A DNA stretch of 64,000 nt from Eledone cirrhosa. Its lineage: Eukaryota. Position numbers and translations under genes: made by a program. This document shows, piece after piece, positions 44,660-60,765 of this stretch (positions within the stretch are counted from its first letter, which is position 1; each line of letters begins with the position of its first letter). The stretch covers positions 43,090,001-43,154,000 of the forward strand of contig OZ024752.1 of the NCBI GenBank assembly GCA_964016885.1, written 5' to 3'. The notes below the pieces were generated by a model. That model was not told where the DNA came from and did not search any database. It saw nothing but the letters and a program-made list of their open reading frames with translations.

Positions 44660-45670
44660 GACGGTGTGTAGTTTAGTGGTTAGGGTGTTTGACTTCCGGT
44701 TTTAATGTCATGGGTTCGATGCTCCAATCCACTCAGCTGGCAAACATGAGTTGTACCAGTAACTCAAATAGCAGGCCTTGTCACACTCTGTCACACTCTA
44801 TGTCACACTCTCTGTCACACTATCTGTCCCATTCTGCGTCACACTCTCTGTCACACTCTGCGTCACACTCTATGCCACACTCTCTGTCACACTCTGCGTC
44901 ACACACTCTGTCACACTATGTGTCACAATATGTGTCACGCTCTGTGTCACACACTCTGTCACACACTCTGTCATACTCTCTGTCATACTCTCTGTCACAC
45001 TATGTGTCACAATCTGTGTCACACTCTCTGTCACACTATGTGTCACACTATGTGCCACACTATGTGTCACACTATGTGTCACAATATGTGTCGCAATATG
45101 TGTCACAATATGTGTCACACTCTGTGTCACACACTCTGCCACACTCTATGTCACACTCTCTGTCGCACTCTGTGTCACACTTTGTGTCACATTATCTGTC
45201 ACACCCTGTGTCACACTCTCTGTCACACTCTATGTCACACTCTGTGTCACACTCTGTGTCACACTTTGTGTCACACACTCTGTCACACTTTGTGTCACAC
45301 TCTCTGTCGCACTCTGTGTCACACTTTGTGTCACCTTCTCTGTCTCACTCTGTGTCATAATCTGTGTCACATTCTGTGTCACACTCTCTGTCACACTCTC
45401 TGTCACACTGTGTCACAAGGAACCTCTCTATGAACTACGTTAAGGAATATCCAACCACTTATACTATTATACAAGATGGATTGTACTGTGACTCAAAGGG
45501 CTCGACTCTGTCACATACTTTGACACGTTGAATCTCCCTGAGAAATACGTTAAGCGTACACATGTCTGTAGAATGCTCAGCCACTTGCACGTTAATTTCA
45601 CGAGCAGGCTGTTCTGTTTCACGAATAACTGGAGTACTTACTCGTCGCCGTGACTGGCGGAGGTCCATTC
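44660..45670 (+). mobile_element. SINE family 2 copy interrupted by an internal minisatellite
   Basis: Head tttagtggttagggtg...gctccaatccactcagctggc; tail gaatctccctgagaaatacgttaag...cagccacttgcacgttaatttcacgagcagg, matching 27800-27920. Confidence 0.65.
44778..45418. repeat. 12-bp minisatellite (tgtcacactctg)n
   Basis: About 53 degenerate units; explains the SHSL/VTLC/CHTL pseudo-ORFs. Confidence 0.92.
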
Positions 45671-45739
45671 AAAGCATCTTCACAAAAACAAAAGAGGTAA
45701 ACTATAGGATAATTATTGCTGAAGATAATTGACCAATAA

Positions 45740-45875
45740 ATGACCACTTATTATAAACGATGATAAAAAGCGACTTTCCTAGAGTGACCACTTATTATAA
45801 ACGATGAAAAAAAAATGGCGACTTTCCTGGAGTGACCACTTATTCTGAACGATGAAAAAATGGCGACTTTCCTAA
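45740..45875. repeat. Three copies of a ~45-bp repeat (tgaccacttattataaacgatgaaaaaatggcgactttcct)
   Basis: Direct repeats visible. Confidence 0.75.
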
Positions 45876-46279
45876 ATGTTTTTTCTGAACGTATATATAG
45901 AGTAAATGTAACGGGACTGCTGGGTTGTATATGCGAAAAAAAATATCTTAGTATGTGTCTCTATGTTTGTGTTGGTATTTTCTTTTTCTTTCTTTATTTG
46001 TTTGTTTGCGTTAGAATCTTCTTCTTCTTCTTCTGCTACTTCTGATCAATTGAAATAAAGTTGTTCCGGTTTCTGGAAGAGAAGAAAAAATATGAAAGAC
46101 TAAGACAAAGGCAAACGTTTCAGATATTTTAAGAATCAACTGAGGTTGTGTTGTTTATTTAACAGACTGTATATGCTGTATATGGTGTATATGGTGTATA
46201 TGCTGTTTATCCGTGCATATACACATTTATGTGAATGTGTATGTACGTATGTACGTATATATATATATATGTCTTTGTC

Positions 46280-46348
<69 letters not shown>

Positions 46349-46384
46349 GTATGTATATATATATATATATATATAATATGTATG

Positions 46385-46449
<65 letters not shown>

Positions 46450-46576
46450 TAATGGATTGTAACTTTACGTTGCTGTTGGTTCGTCAACTTGAGCACTCGA
46501 TTTATATATATTTATATATTTATCTGTATGTGGTTGACGGCTGAGAGAGAAGAGTACTCAATACCGAAGTAGAGTT

Positions 46577-46681
<105 letters not shown>

Positions 46682-46815
46682 GTATATATATATGTGTGTG
46701 TGTACATAATACGAGAGATGAGCAGAGGACAGTGGCAAGTATAACGATAGATTCCTTGGTATCGTATTGGTGGTGGTGGTGATGATGGTGAGAAGGCTAA
46801 GTGTAGGCGGATTAA

Positions 46816-46855
<40 letters not shown>

Positions 46856-47207
46856 GTATTAGTAGAAGTGTATTTAATGAAATAAATGAGAACCCGAAAG
46901 CGGCGGCATTCCTCAACTTTGGTCAGCCATGTTGTAAAATGGACGACGCAATTGGAAAACGGTACCGAGATGTATGTGAATAATTGTATATTAACATTCA
47001 CGCATACATATACACGTATGCATACATCATACAAATACACGCATATATAGAAACACACATACATACACGTTTACACACTCCTTCATACAAACTCAAACAC
47101 GTACACACACACACACAAACACACAAACACGCATACATGCACAGACAGACACATATACTTATATGTAAGAAGATGTGAGTATACATGCATATACTTATAC
47201 ATATAAA

Positions 47208-47276
<69 letters not shown>

Positions 47277-47475
47277 TTATGTCTTTGTACAACTATTAAT
47301 AAAATATATATATATATATATATAAACATTATTATATTATACATACATATGTATATATTGATATATAGATATATATTTATATATATAAATATTTATTTCT
47401 CTCGATATATGCGTATATATATACGTGTGTGTGTGTGTGTATGTGTGTGTGTATATATGTGTGTGTATATGTGCG

Positions 47476-47567
<92 letters not shown>

Positions 47568-47721
47568 CAGGAACTGCACACAAAAACAGTTATATATGAT
47601 GGACAGACAACTTCATCTTTACTTCGTCAGTCACCTGGTGGCGTGTAATTTCGCGCATTAAGGTGATATTGCACTTCTAATGCGAGTTTGCAAAACAGAT
47701 TGAAGAACCGCTCTGCTGGTA

Positions 47722-47771
<50 letters not shown>

Positions 47772-47912
47772 GTATATGTATATGTGCGTATATACACGTA
47801 TATATATTAATATGTATATATATAGATGTATAGATATATATACCTGTGTATATATATATATATATATATGGGTGGATTTGTGGACGTTTATGGGTGTGTG
47901 TATGTGTTTGCG

Positions 47913-47950
<38 letters not shown>

Positions 47951-48119
47951 ATATATACGTATATATGCACATATACTATATATATACATATATATATATA
48001 TATATTTCGATCTAAACCCTTATTATTATATATGTATATATACATATATATATACATACTGTATATATACACACACACGCGCATATATATGTAAATGTAT
48101 ATATAAATATATATACATA

Positions 48120-48240
<121 letters not shown>

Positions 48241-48580
48241 GAAAAAAAGAATATGATATTTTTTCAGTTCTTTCAGATTGTAACGCAAATTGCATTATAA
48301 CTTAAATTTTCTCTTTTGTACGAATCTTCATTTTACCAAACCTTTCTGTAATGGAACCTTCTGTTTGCAATTGTCTGTAGCTATTTTTAAAGAAATCATT
48401 TCAAATGAAATAAAATATTATATGAAATAAAAAAAACCATTCAAAACCATTTATATGCATTTATTTAACTCCTACTTATATTGTGCATATATATACATTT
48501 GTGTGTGTATGAGTTGAGTGTGCGTGTGTTTGTAGGCATATATGTGCATATATGTATCAAGAGATACATATAACTGTAAC

Positions 48581-50278
<1,698 letters not shown>

Positions 50279-50441
50279 GCTAGGTATATATTTTATCTGG
50301 TGATTCTATAGACATGTTTTATGATATATAGCTCTGATTATTTAATTTATTAACTTTTCATTGAGCCACAATGTGACCCGTTGCAAAACACGTATATGTA
50401 TGTATGTATGTATGTATATATATATATGTATATATGTAAAC

Positions 50442-50523
<82 letters not shown>

Positions 50524-50716
50524 ATATATATATATGCTCAATAGATATGTATTTCTACACAAACAAATATTTTGCAGATATATATAAATAGGAATACATG
50601 TGCATCGTTATATATGTATATATTTATATATATATATATATTTATTTATTTATTTATATATCTTTATATATATATATATATTATATATATATATATATAT
50701 ATATTTACTTATATAT

Positions 50717-50752
<36 letters not shown>

Positions 50753-51460
50753 TTATTTATATATCTTTATATATATCTTTATATATATATATATATATAT
50801 ACATCCACCAACGTATACGTAAGCATACAGGCAAGCATGCATGTATATATATATCACAAGTGGTTGTGTATTTACGATATTCGAATTATAAGCCTTACTG
50901 CTCGAAAAAAAAATATATTGAGTGCTTCGAATTAACTCTTCGCTAATTTCAGTTATTCTTGTTTGTAATACAAAAACTATTGATAGCCACTAAAACAGTT
51001 AAATATTTACAGTGTCGTCTCTCTTTATTTCCAGTAAGATTATCTTTATTATTATTATTAGTAACGTATCGATCACTTCCCTGGATCTCTTGATTACATA
51101 TATATATATATAAGGAAAAAAGATGGAATCCAAAATGCAACTGGAGTCTTTTTTTTATATATATATATTTATTTGGTTCCTTTACCGGTTTCGCAGTTCT
51201 TGCGCTTTTCAAAAGTGGAGGGTTCGTGGTTTTTCTCACACCAGATCTGAGAAAAACCACGAACCCTCCATCTCAATTCTACTTTTGAAAAGCACAAATA
51301 CTGCGAAACTGGTAAAGGAACCAAATAAATAGTCTTTTTTTTAAAAGACTCCAGTTGCATTTTCGATTTCATCTTTTTTCCTTATACTTTCACTCGTGTA
51401 GGACACCTCGCTTTTTTTTCATTTTGTAACAAAACCTCACTTTCTAATATATATATATAT

Positions 51461-51566
<106 letters not shown>

Positions 51567-51655
51567 CGAATTTGTTAAGCATTCATTCCATCAGACTGTG
51601 TATTATAAGCCCAGAGTCTTCAAATAACATCGAATAAAACCAACGCTACCATATC

Positions 51656-51697
<42 letters not shown>

Positions 51698-51936
51698 GTG
51701 AGGTTTTGTTACAAAATGAAAAAACCGAGATGTGAGAAAAACCACAGACCCTCCATCTCAACTCTACTTTTGAAAAGCAGAAGAACTGCGAAACCGGTAA
51801 AGGAACCAAATAAATATATATATTTTTTTTTTTTAAATAAGACTCCAGTTGCAATTTCGATTTCATCTTTTTTTCTTTATACTTTCCCTCGTGTAGGACA
51901 CCTCGGTTATTTTTCATTTTGTAAAAAAAACCTCAC

Positions 51937-52044
<108 letters not shown>

Positions 52045-52184
52045 CGAATAAAGCACCCTGTCTTCCCTCCGTTGCAACGGTTTTTGAAATATTCACTTCT
52101 GCGTTCACAGATTGACTTTGTTAATTTCAGAAGATCCCGTTAAGGGTGAAAGCAGCGATTCTTTGCTTAAACTTTAATCTGTTA

Positions 52185-52272
<88 letters not shown>

Positions 52273-52273
52273 C

Positions 52274-52422
<149 letters not shown>

Positions 52423-54251
52423 TTGTTGCTTGCTTGTAGCATTGTTGAATAGGAAATACAAATTTAAATAGTTTTGAAAACCAAACAATGCATTAGAAAG
52501 AAAATTAAATTGCTAACATAACAAAAGGATCTTACCGTAGCAAATTTAATGATCCGAAGTATTTTCGGGTTTAAAAACTCATTATCAAGCGAGTATCCAT
52601 AGGCGAGACTTAAAGGATCAAGCGGAGTCGATTATTAGGAAGGTAGATTTTAGTTTTAAAAAAAAGTCGACTCCGAACTATATTTTAAAACTCTTCTAAT
52701 GGATTCTTTCGGAAATTCGTGTTCTGCGCTTGGTTTAACAATTGGCTTGAGGAAGACTGTTGCCATGATTTCAAAGGAATGAAACAGTTCTAGTCCTGTA
52801 GAAGTGTTTTCTATATGAAATGTGTGTGTGTGTGTGTATATGTGTGTGTGTTTGCATGTATGTGTGTGTGTGTGTTTGCATGTATGTGTGTGTGTTTGTG
52901 TATGTGTGTTTGCATGTGTGTGTGTGTGTGTGTTTGCATGTATGTGTGTGTGTATGTGTGTTTGCATGTGTGTGTGTGTGTATGTGTTTGCATGCGTGTG
53001 TGTGTGTGTTTGCATGCGTGTGTGTGTGTGTGTTTGCATGTGTGTGTGTGTGTGAAACTTTCTCATTACTCTATATCTTTTTCTCACTTTTTTCTATGTC
53101 ATTATACAATATGTGTGTGTGTGTGTGTGCGTGTGCGTCTGTATACATGAATGTGTGTGTGTGTATACATTGATCGATCGATCGATCGATAGATATACAG
53201 GGAGAGGGGGAACGAGATTAGAGAGAGAGAGAGAAAGAAAGAAAGAGAGAGGGGAGAGTGAGAGCGAGAGAGAAAGAGAGAAAGGGGGAAAAGTTGAAAG
53301 AGAGAGGCGAGAGGAGAAGGGGGAGATGTGTGTGTGTGAGAGAGTGCGAGAGAGAGAGAGAAAGAAAGCGAGAGAGAAAGATAGAGAGAAAGAGAGAGAG
53401 GGGGGGAGGGGGGGAGTAGGAGAGAGAGAAAGAGACGCATCATATAACCACTTGTATCCATATACCTACATCAATACATCTTAGAGATAGTAGAAAAGTT
53501 AAAAGGATTTTTTCGGCAGACGACACATACACATATTGCTCAAACATGGCTACCAGTAGTAATCTCAATAAAGAATAACTGACAGTACAAAGAAAAAATA
53601 AACCTTGTGAGAATATAGAATACAGCGTACAATACAGATTGTTAGAAAAATCTAGAAGATAAGACCTAGTTTGATAGGAACACACAACACAGGCTTTCAA
53701 CTAGCTAAAACCCTGAGCAAAAAAGCAGATATCGCACAGATAAAGACAACAGAAACTTTGAAAGATAAAAAAAAAACATTGTTTGTTGTGGTTATTGTTG
53801 TTATTGTTGCAGTCGTCGTTGTTGTTTGTTGTTTGTTTTGTTTTTGTTGTGGTTGTTTTTGCTTTCTTTTCTTGTTTTGTTTCTGAGCAGCTTAAAAAAT
53901 CCTGAAACCAAAGTGACCGAAGTCTTACGCAAAGACATTTTGGGATAGCATTAGAAGAATAAAAACAAAATGGAAGAGTATAAAACAAACATCACCCAGT
54001 TTTACCATAAATAACTGCTTTGCTTTGCTTTGCTTTGCTTTGCTTTGCTTTGCTTTGCTTTGCTTTGCTTTGTTTTGTTTTGCTTTGCTTTGCTTTGGTT
54101 GGTATAAGATGGAAACAACTGGAGACTGAAAATGTTCGAATCATCATCATAATCATTTTCATCGTAACTGTCATCATCATCATCATCATCATCATCGTCG
54201 TCGTCGTCGTCGTCATCACCATCACAATCACCATCACAATCAACATCATCA

Positions 54252-54282
<31 letters not shown>

Positions 54283-54577
54283 ATTATTATCACATTCCAC
54301 CATGATTGCGTATCCCGAGACCCCAAAGAGGGTTCGGAAAGGAACAAACCGTAAAAATTGGAGCCTGGAACATCACAACCTTTACAGGTAAGGAGCAGGA
54401 ACTGGTGAAGGCGGCTAGATGCTACCAGCTAGATAGAGTCGGGGGGTTTCTTCAACAAAGTTCCGTAATTCTGGCACTGTAGATTCGGATAGAGGATGGA
54501 AACTAGACTATTCAGGTGTGGGGCCAGAAATGACTGCACAGGCGGGAGTGGGGATACACGCAAGCCCCCGGCTGTCA

Positions 54578-54811
54578 GAATGTGTTATGTGTTATGTACC
54601 TGAGAATGTGTTATGTGTTATGTACCTGAGAATGTGTTATGTGTTATGTACCTGAGAATGTGTTATGTGTTATGTACCTGAGAATGTGTTATGTGTTATG
54701 TACCTGAGAATGTGTTATGTGTTATGTACCTGAGAATGTGTTATGTGTTATGTACCTGAGAATGTGTTATGTGTTATGTACCTGAGAATGTGTTATGTGT
54801 TATGTACCTGA
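54578..54811. repeat. 26-bp tandem repeat x9 (gaatgtgttatgtgttatgtacctga) within the RTE remnant
   Basis: 234 bp = 9 identical units. Confidence 0.95.
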
Positions 54812-55980
54812 GCAAACTGAAGACTTGAAACGGAGTGCTCAGCTCAGCAGTTTCTGCTTCATGTGTTAAATGCTATTAAATGTGGCAGGCGAAGAGGCTT
54901 GGTATGGCGCCGGATAGCAGGAAGATTCCTTGCCTCAATCAAGAGTCAAAGATGCCACCCGAGCAAAGAAAGAGGCCTACTAAGTTTGGCTTGGAAATGA
55001 GCCGTCTTTCTTGCACTTGCGGTACAAACAGGCACGAAAAGTCGCAGCAGAGACAGTAAAGGAGTTCAAAGTTAAGTCAATGGGAGGACTTTGGGGTTAA
55101 TATGGAATTCAACTTCAGATCAGCAAATAAAGTGTTCTGGCAGACCATCCACCGACTTCGTAATAAGAAGTCCTCCCCCACACATGCTATCAGAAATGCG
55201 TACCAGGGTTCTCCTCTCTTCAGGGAGGTGTGTCTCCCCGCAAAGTGGAGAAAATACTTTGCTGATCTCCTAAACCCGATCACAACAGCATCTTCTGATG
55301 TACACGAAGTGCATCTAGGAGTGACGACTAATCTCTTGTATGCTGAGGTCACAAGAGCAATTAAAGAGCTCAAACGTGGCAAGGCCAGTAGAGAAGATGA
55401 AATTCGACCCCAGACGTTAAAAGCCTTAAATAGAGAAGGTATTCTCTGGCTGACTCATGTGTGACGGGTGACCTGAATCTCTGGAAAGTCAATCGGGAGT
55501 GATAATCCCAATATCCAAAAAAGAAGACAAGTGGGATTGCCCCATTTACAGAGGGATCTCCTTGTTAAGCTTCTCCGGTAAAGTCTCTTCAGTCCTGAGA
55601 TACTTGGTGTTTCCGACATGCACTTGATAGGTTTGATGCCGAGTGCTACATGGCTGGAATGAATATCAGAGCTGCGAAGACCGAGACACTCATCCTCTCA
55701 AGAAAGCCTGCGCAGTGCACTCTACATATGAATGCAACTCCAACAGGTGGAGGAGTTCAAGTATCTCGGGGTTGTGTTCATGAGTAGTGGCAGGCAGAAG
55801 GCTTAATTAAGTGCAATATTTGCAGGAGCTGGTGCAGTAATGTGCCAGCTTCAGCATTCGGTAATCAGAAGGGATCGAGGTGGTGCCAAGCATTACCTAT
55901 GGTAATGAATCTTGTGTAATGACACGATCGCGAATACAAGCGGCCGAAGCTGGGTTCTTCCGAAGGGTCTTTAGCATAAC

Positions 55981-56646
55981 TGTTTCTACTTTTGGCACAA
56001 GGCCAGCAATTATCCCAGTGTATTACTGGTACAACTCTGGATGTCGGTGAGCATGTCCAGCTAATCTCAGTCTCCTCTGTGTCACTTTTGAGCTGACTTT
56101 TGGGATGCTCCCATACAGCTCTGAGTTTTTCATCCTCAGTGTATTGTATACTGATTAATGTTCAGAGCCATCCTCAGCATTCTCGTGTAGCACCCATCCA
56201 CCATCTGAGTGAGTTTCTTGGTCAGTGTCCAAGTCTCAGACCCGTACAGCAGCACAGACTCCACTACAGCAATGAAGAGGCGGATTTTCAGGTCTCTACG
56301 AAGAGTTGACATTGCACTCAGTGTTCCTGTGGGAGCCCCTACATGGACACACTAGAAGAGGAAGACCAAGGTTAACGTATGTTGATGCCCTAAGGACAGA
56401 CACTGGTCTGTTGGAGACGCAGGACATGGCAGCGATAATGAGGGACAGAGACCGCTGGAGAGAACTCGTCCATGGATCTCGGGAATTTTACCCGCCTTAG
56501 AAGATTACTGGTACTTTATTTTATCGACCCCGTAAGGATGAAAGACAAAGTTAACCTTGGCGGGATTTGAACTCAGAATGTAAAGGGCCATAACTCAATG
56601 CTGCAAAGCATGGTGTCTGACGCTCTACCGATACTGCCAATCCACC
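55981..56646 (-). mobile_element. SINE family 1 inserted in the RTE remnant and itself interrupted
   Basis: 16-bp TSD gggtctttagMataac at 55965-55980 and 56647-56662. Confidence 0.88.
56033..56503 (+). mobile_element. Younger RTE-like LINE 3' fragment with a 5' inversion
   Basis: 11-bp TSD attactggtac at 56022-56032 and 56504-56514. 56033-56307 on minus encodes VESVLLYGSETWTL...RLRLAGHAHRHPEL; 56302-56500 on plus continues TLHSVFLWEP...RGRPRLTYVD...RDRDRWR. Confidence 0.88.
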
Positions 56647-56953
56647 GGGTCTTTAGAATAACGTCACTCGATAGAGTGCGAACTCGGAGATCAGAGAGTC
56701 ACTCCAAGTAGATCCGCTACTTCTCCGAATTGAGAGATCACAGCTCCGATGTTACGGTCATGTGATTAGAATGCCTCTTTTTTCCTATCAGGGCCGACGA
56801 TAGGTAAAGAAGCCCTCCATGGCGGTGGATTGACAGAATTGTTTGGGCGTCGGATTGAATGCCTTGTGGTATTCTGGCCCTTGGTGGTCTGACAGCAATG
56901 TCTCCGACAGCAACGGCGCCGATATTAGAAAGCATAATCAACAAATTTCCCTA

Positions 56954-57392
56954 AGGCGGTAAATTGACAGAGGGTCGGACGCCATGCTTTGCAGCATAGA
57001 GTTATGGCCCTTTCCGTCCTGAGTTCAAATCCCGCCGAGGTTAACTTTGCCTTTCATCCTTACGGGATCGATAAAAAAATAAAATACCAGTAATGCACTA
57101 GGGTAATTGCTGGCCTTGTGCCAAAAGTAGAAACAACTATTTTATTGGCAGTATCGGTAGAGAGTTGGACACCATGCTTTGCAGCATAGAGTTACGGTCC
57201 TTTACGGTTTGAGTTCAAATCCCGCCGAGGTTAACTTTGCCTTTCATCCTTACGGGGGTCAATAAAATAAAGTACTAGTAATGTACTGAGGTCGATTTAA
57301 TCGACTTTCCCCTCCCTCAAAATTACTGGCCTTGTGCCAGTAATGCACTGGGATAATTGCTGGCCTTGTTCTAAAAGTAGAAATAATTATTA
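56954..57392 (+). mobile_element. Two head-to-tail SINE family 1 copies
   Basis: Two consecutive copies, ~56954-57140 and ~57145-57392. Confidence 0.8.
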
Positions 57393-57844
57393 TAAGCAAA
57401 TGGGGGCCCATGCGCTGGCCACCCCGCGGCCCCAAGGCTGGTAATCTTGACAGGAAAAGAGATTCAGCTTCTATGTCTAGCAGTTCTAATAAACGATCCC
57501 ATAAGGGAGGTAACTCTTGTATTTTTCAGAAGTTTTATGACACAACTGCAGATTGATTGTTTTGTTTTTGTATTTTTATAATGGTTTATTTTGTTTCGTG
57601 TTTTTTCCTTTATGATGATGTTATCAACGTTTTGGGGATGTTTTGACCTCCAGAACCTAACCCTAAGAGATGACCACCACCCCGCTCACCAGGGTCAAAC
57701 CCCAGAACACTTAACATTTAAGACGTTACAGCCATGACCAACATGGTAGAGTATGACTGACTTAGAAGCAGGTTGAGCTGCTATTTCTAGCATGTTGACT
57801 AACCATTTCTGGAACAACGTGTCTCAGCATGCAACATAAACAAC

Positions 57845-57996
57845 CTCAAACGATTCCACTTTATCACGTGACCTCAAACCGTTCCGCCTAAGCACATCAC
57901 CTCAAACGGTGCCGCCTAATCACGTGACCTCAAACTGTTCCGCTTAACGGATTAACATCAAGCGGTTCCGCTTAATCGCATAACACCGAACGGTTC
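57845..57996. repeat. Degenerate ~28-bp tandem repeat (cacgtgacctcaaaccgttccgcctaa)
   Basis: About 5-6 units visible. Confidence 0.7.
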
Positions 57997-58118
57997 TGCT
58001 GCTGCTACTAATGCTGCTACTACTACTACCACCACCACTACTGCTGCTGCTGCTGCTGCTCTTACTACTACTACTGCTGCTGCTGCTGCTGTTGTTGCTG
58101 CTACTACTACTGCTGCTG

Positions 58119-58160
<42 letters not shown>

Positions 58161-58314
58161 ACTTAAGAAAGGTTCTAATGTAAAATTATGATGCTTTTTA
58201 GATAAGTATTTTAAAATAAATAGCTCCGTATCAGATAAACAGATGTGGTTTTAAGCCGTTTGGTATGAAAACAGTTTATAAATATTATAACTTCATTAAA
58301 CGAGAGAAGCCGAG

Positions 58315-58621
58315 AACCGAAATTTATAAGGGAGGTAAATCTTAACTGCTTCAACTGTTGTAAGGGAGATAACCGCATTTTATCATTAAGTTGGAATTTG
58401 CTAAAAAATACTTTGTTTGGTATATAAACTTGTTCCACCGATAGAGACGTATCTTCAAGAGGTAAATCCTCCCAGCTAATATGATCCAGTCCATAACACA
58501 TTCTGACAGCAGAGGGGCTTGTGAGTATCCCCACTCTCGCCTATGCAGTCATTTCTTGTGCCACATCTGAATAGTGGAGTTTCTCCAATCCCGCCTATGC
58601 AGTCATATATACATATACATA

Positions 58622-58652
<31 letters not shown>

Positions 58653-58843
58653 GTGTGTGTGTATATGTATATATGACTATAGGTGGGGGGATTTACCTCT
58701 TGAAGATACGTCTCATTCGCTGGAGCAAGTTTATATACCAAACTAAGTATTTTTTAGCAAGTTCCAACTTAATGATAAAATGCGGTTATCTCCCTTACAA
58801 CAGTTGAAGCAGTTAAGATTTACCTCCCTTATAAATTTCGGTT
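58315..58843. repeat. Inverted repeat pair with ~155-bp arms (58315-58471 / 58688-58843)
   Basis: aaccgaaatttataagggaggtaaatc... is the reverse complement of ...gatttacctcccttataaatttcggtt. Confidence 0.7.
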
Positions 58844-58997
58844 ATATATATAGGATAAGAGACTGGACCCCGACTGCAGAGCTCAAGCCGTTTCGGCGGC
58901 TATTTCTGGATTTAAATAGCCGTCGAAACGGCTTGAGCAAAGTATCGAGTACTCTGGTGCGTTATGGTCCACCTGGTTCCTTACCACACTTCCTTCG

Positions 58998-59114
<117 letters not shown>

Positions 59115-59272
59115 TATATCCCAAGGCTCTGATACCATCAACACCATAAACTCAGAGCTGGCATATCTAAGAACTGACTAACTGCCTGTTGAGGTCATAG
59201 CCATTCAATGGCTATCAATATATATAGCAGTAAATAAAGGATTATGAGTTTATGCAATTGACTTATGTTTCG

Positions 59273-59369
<97 letters not shown>

Positions 59370-59389
59370 ATGTAGATCATGTAATTGTA

Positions 59390-60070
59390 TATCACAAAAT
59401 CAGAAAACAGCACAGTTCCCATGACTTTCGTAAACATTTTTTCACGCTCAGAGTTGCTGAAGCATGGAACAAACTGCCTGCGTCAGTTGTTAGCTGCCGA
59501 GACAGTGCATCCTTTAAAACACTCATGGAACAGACTGCCTGCGTCAGTTGTTAGCTGCCGAGACACTGCATCCTTTAAAACCCTCATGGAACAAACTGTC
59601 TGTGTCAGTTGTTAGCTGCCGAGACACTGCATCCTTTAAAACCTCCATGGAACAAACTGCCTGCGTCAGTTGTTAGCTGCCGAGACACTGCATCCTTTAA
59701 AACCTCCATGGAACAAACTGCCTACGTCAGTTGTTAGCTGCATCCTTTAAAACCTCCATGGAACAAACTGCCTGCGTCAGTTGTTAGCTGCCGAGACACT
59801 GCATCCTTTAAAACCATCATGGTACAAACTGCCTGCGTCAGTTGTTAGCTGCAGAGACACTGCATCCTTTAAAACACTCATGCTTCCCGAAATACGCCAA
59901 AACTACACCTGATGTCCCCCTTCCATACACATGCACACATGTGTATATCATGACTCATGCACTGTTCATTTTCCTGACGTTTGTACATTACCCTATGTAC
60001 TATACATACACTTTTTGATGAGTTGTAGTGCACCTGAGCACTGTACACAATATTTCATTATTATTATTAT
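59390..60070 (+). mobile_element. CR1/L2-group LINE 3' end with an internal 61-bp tandem expansion
   Basis: HKIRKQHSSHDFRKHFFTLRVAEAWNKLPASVVSCRDSASFK; seven units at 59463-59878; (ATT)n tail. Confidence 0.8.
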
Positions 60071-60450
60071 GGGTGGATTGGCAGTATCGGTAGAAGGTCG
60101 GACTCCATGCTTTGACGCATAGAGTTACGGCCCTTGCCATTCTGAGTTCAAATCCCGCCGAGGTTTATTTGCCTTTCATCCTTACGGGGTCGATAAAATA
60201 AAGTACCAGTAATGCACTGGGTAATTGCTGGCCTTGTGCCAAAAGTAGAAACAATTATTATTATGTGGATTGGCAGTATCGGTAGAGGGTCGGACGCCAT
60301 GCTTTCCAGCAGAGTTACGTCCCTTTACGATCTGAGTTCAAATTCCGCCGAGGTTGACTTTGCCTTTCATCCTTACGGGGTCGATAAAATAAAGTACCAG
60401 TAATGTACTGGGTAATTTCTGGCCTTGTGCCAATAGTAGAAACAATTATT
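60071..60450 (+). mobile_element. Two head-to-tail SINE family 1 copies following the CR1 (ATT)n tail
   Basis: Copies at 60071-60262 and 60263-60450. Confidence 0.82.
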
Positions 60451-60469
60451 TAAACTACGTTCTGTTGTC

Positions 60470-60765
60470 ATAGTTGGAGAAAAGGAGAGTGGTTGTATGA
60501 CTTCTTAAAAGACAGAAGCAATACTGTTGAATTCAATGGCGACCTCTCGAAGGAATCGTTAATAACAAGCGGTGTTTCAGGGAATTGTCTTGGGACCACA
60601 GCTGTTTGTAATGGCTCTCTCACACATGACTTCGGCCGTATAGGCAACCTCCCTTAGTAATTATGCTGTTGACACGGAAGTAGCACAGGCAATCAAGCGT
60701 CCAACTAATGCGACCCTCTTACAATGAGATTTGGCCCCATATAAACAGGGCCGAGGACACCATGC
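60470..60765 (+). mobile_element. Decayed LINE reverse-transcriptase fragment (CR1/L2/Jockey group)
   Basis: WLYDFLKDRS...ITSGV../..VLGPQLFV...NYAVDT matches degenerate SGVPQGSVLGP and YADD motifs. Confidence 0.65.

Larger units (their letters stand above)
54305..56775 (+). mobile_element. Decayed RTE-clade LINE (APE endonuclease and RT fragments)
   Basis: IGAWNITTFTGKEQELV..., SANKVFWQTIHRLR, EVTRAIKELKRGKASREDEIRPQTLKAL, YRGISLLS, FKYLGVVF, RIQAAE.GF.RR, PLLLRIERSQLR.YGHVIRMP, with frameshifts, stops and deletions. Confidence 0.88.

Noticed and set aside
44689-45443. His/Ser- and Cys-rich ORFs (SHSL, VTLC, CHTL repeats)
   Set aside because: 12-bp minisatellite inside a SINE, open in all three plus frames.
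54578-54811. Regular 26-bp repeats (also the 61-bp and 18-bp arrays) resembling CRISPR arrays
   Set aside because: No unique spacers, no cas genes, and a eukaryotic context.
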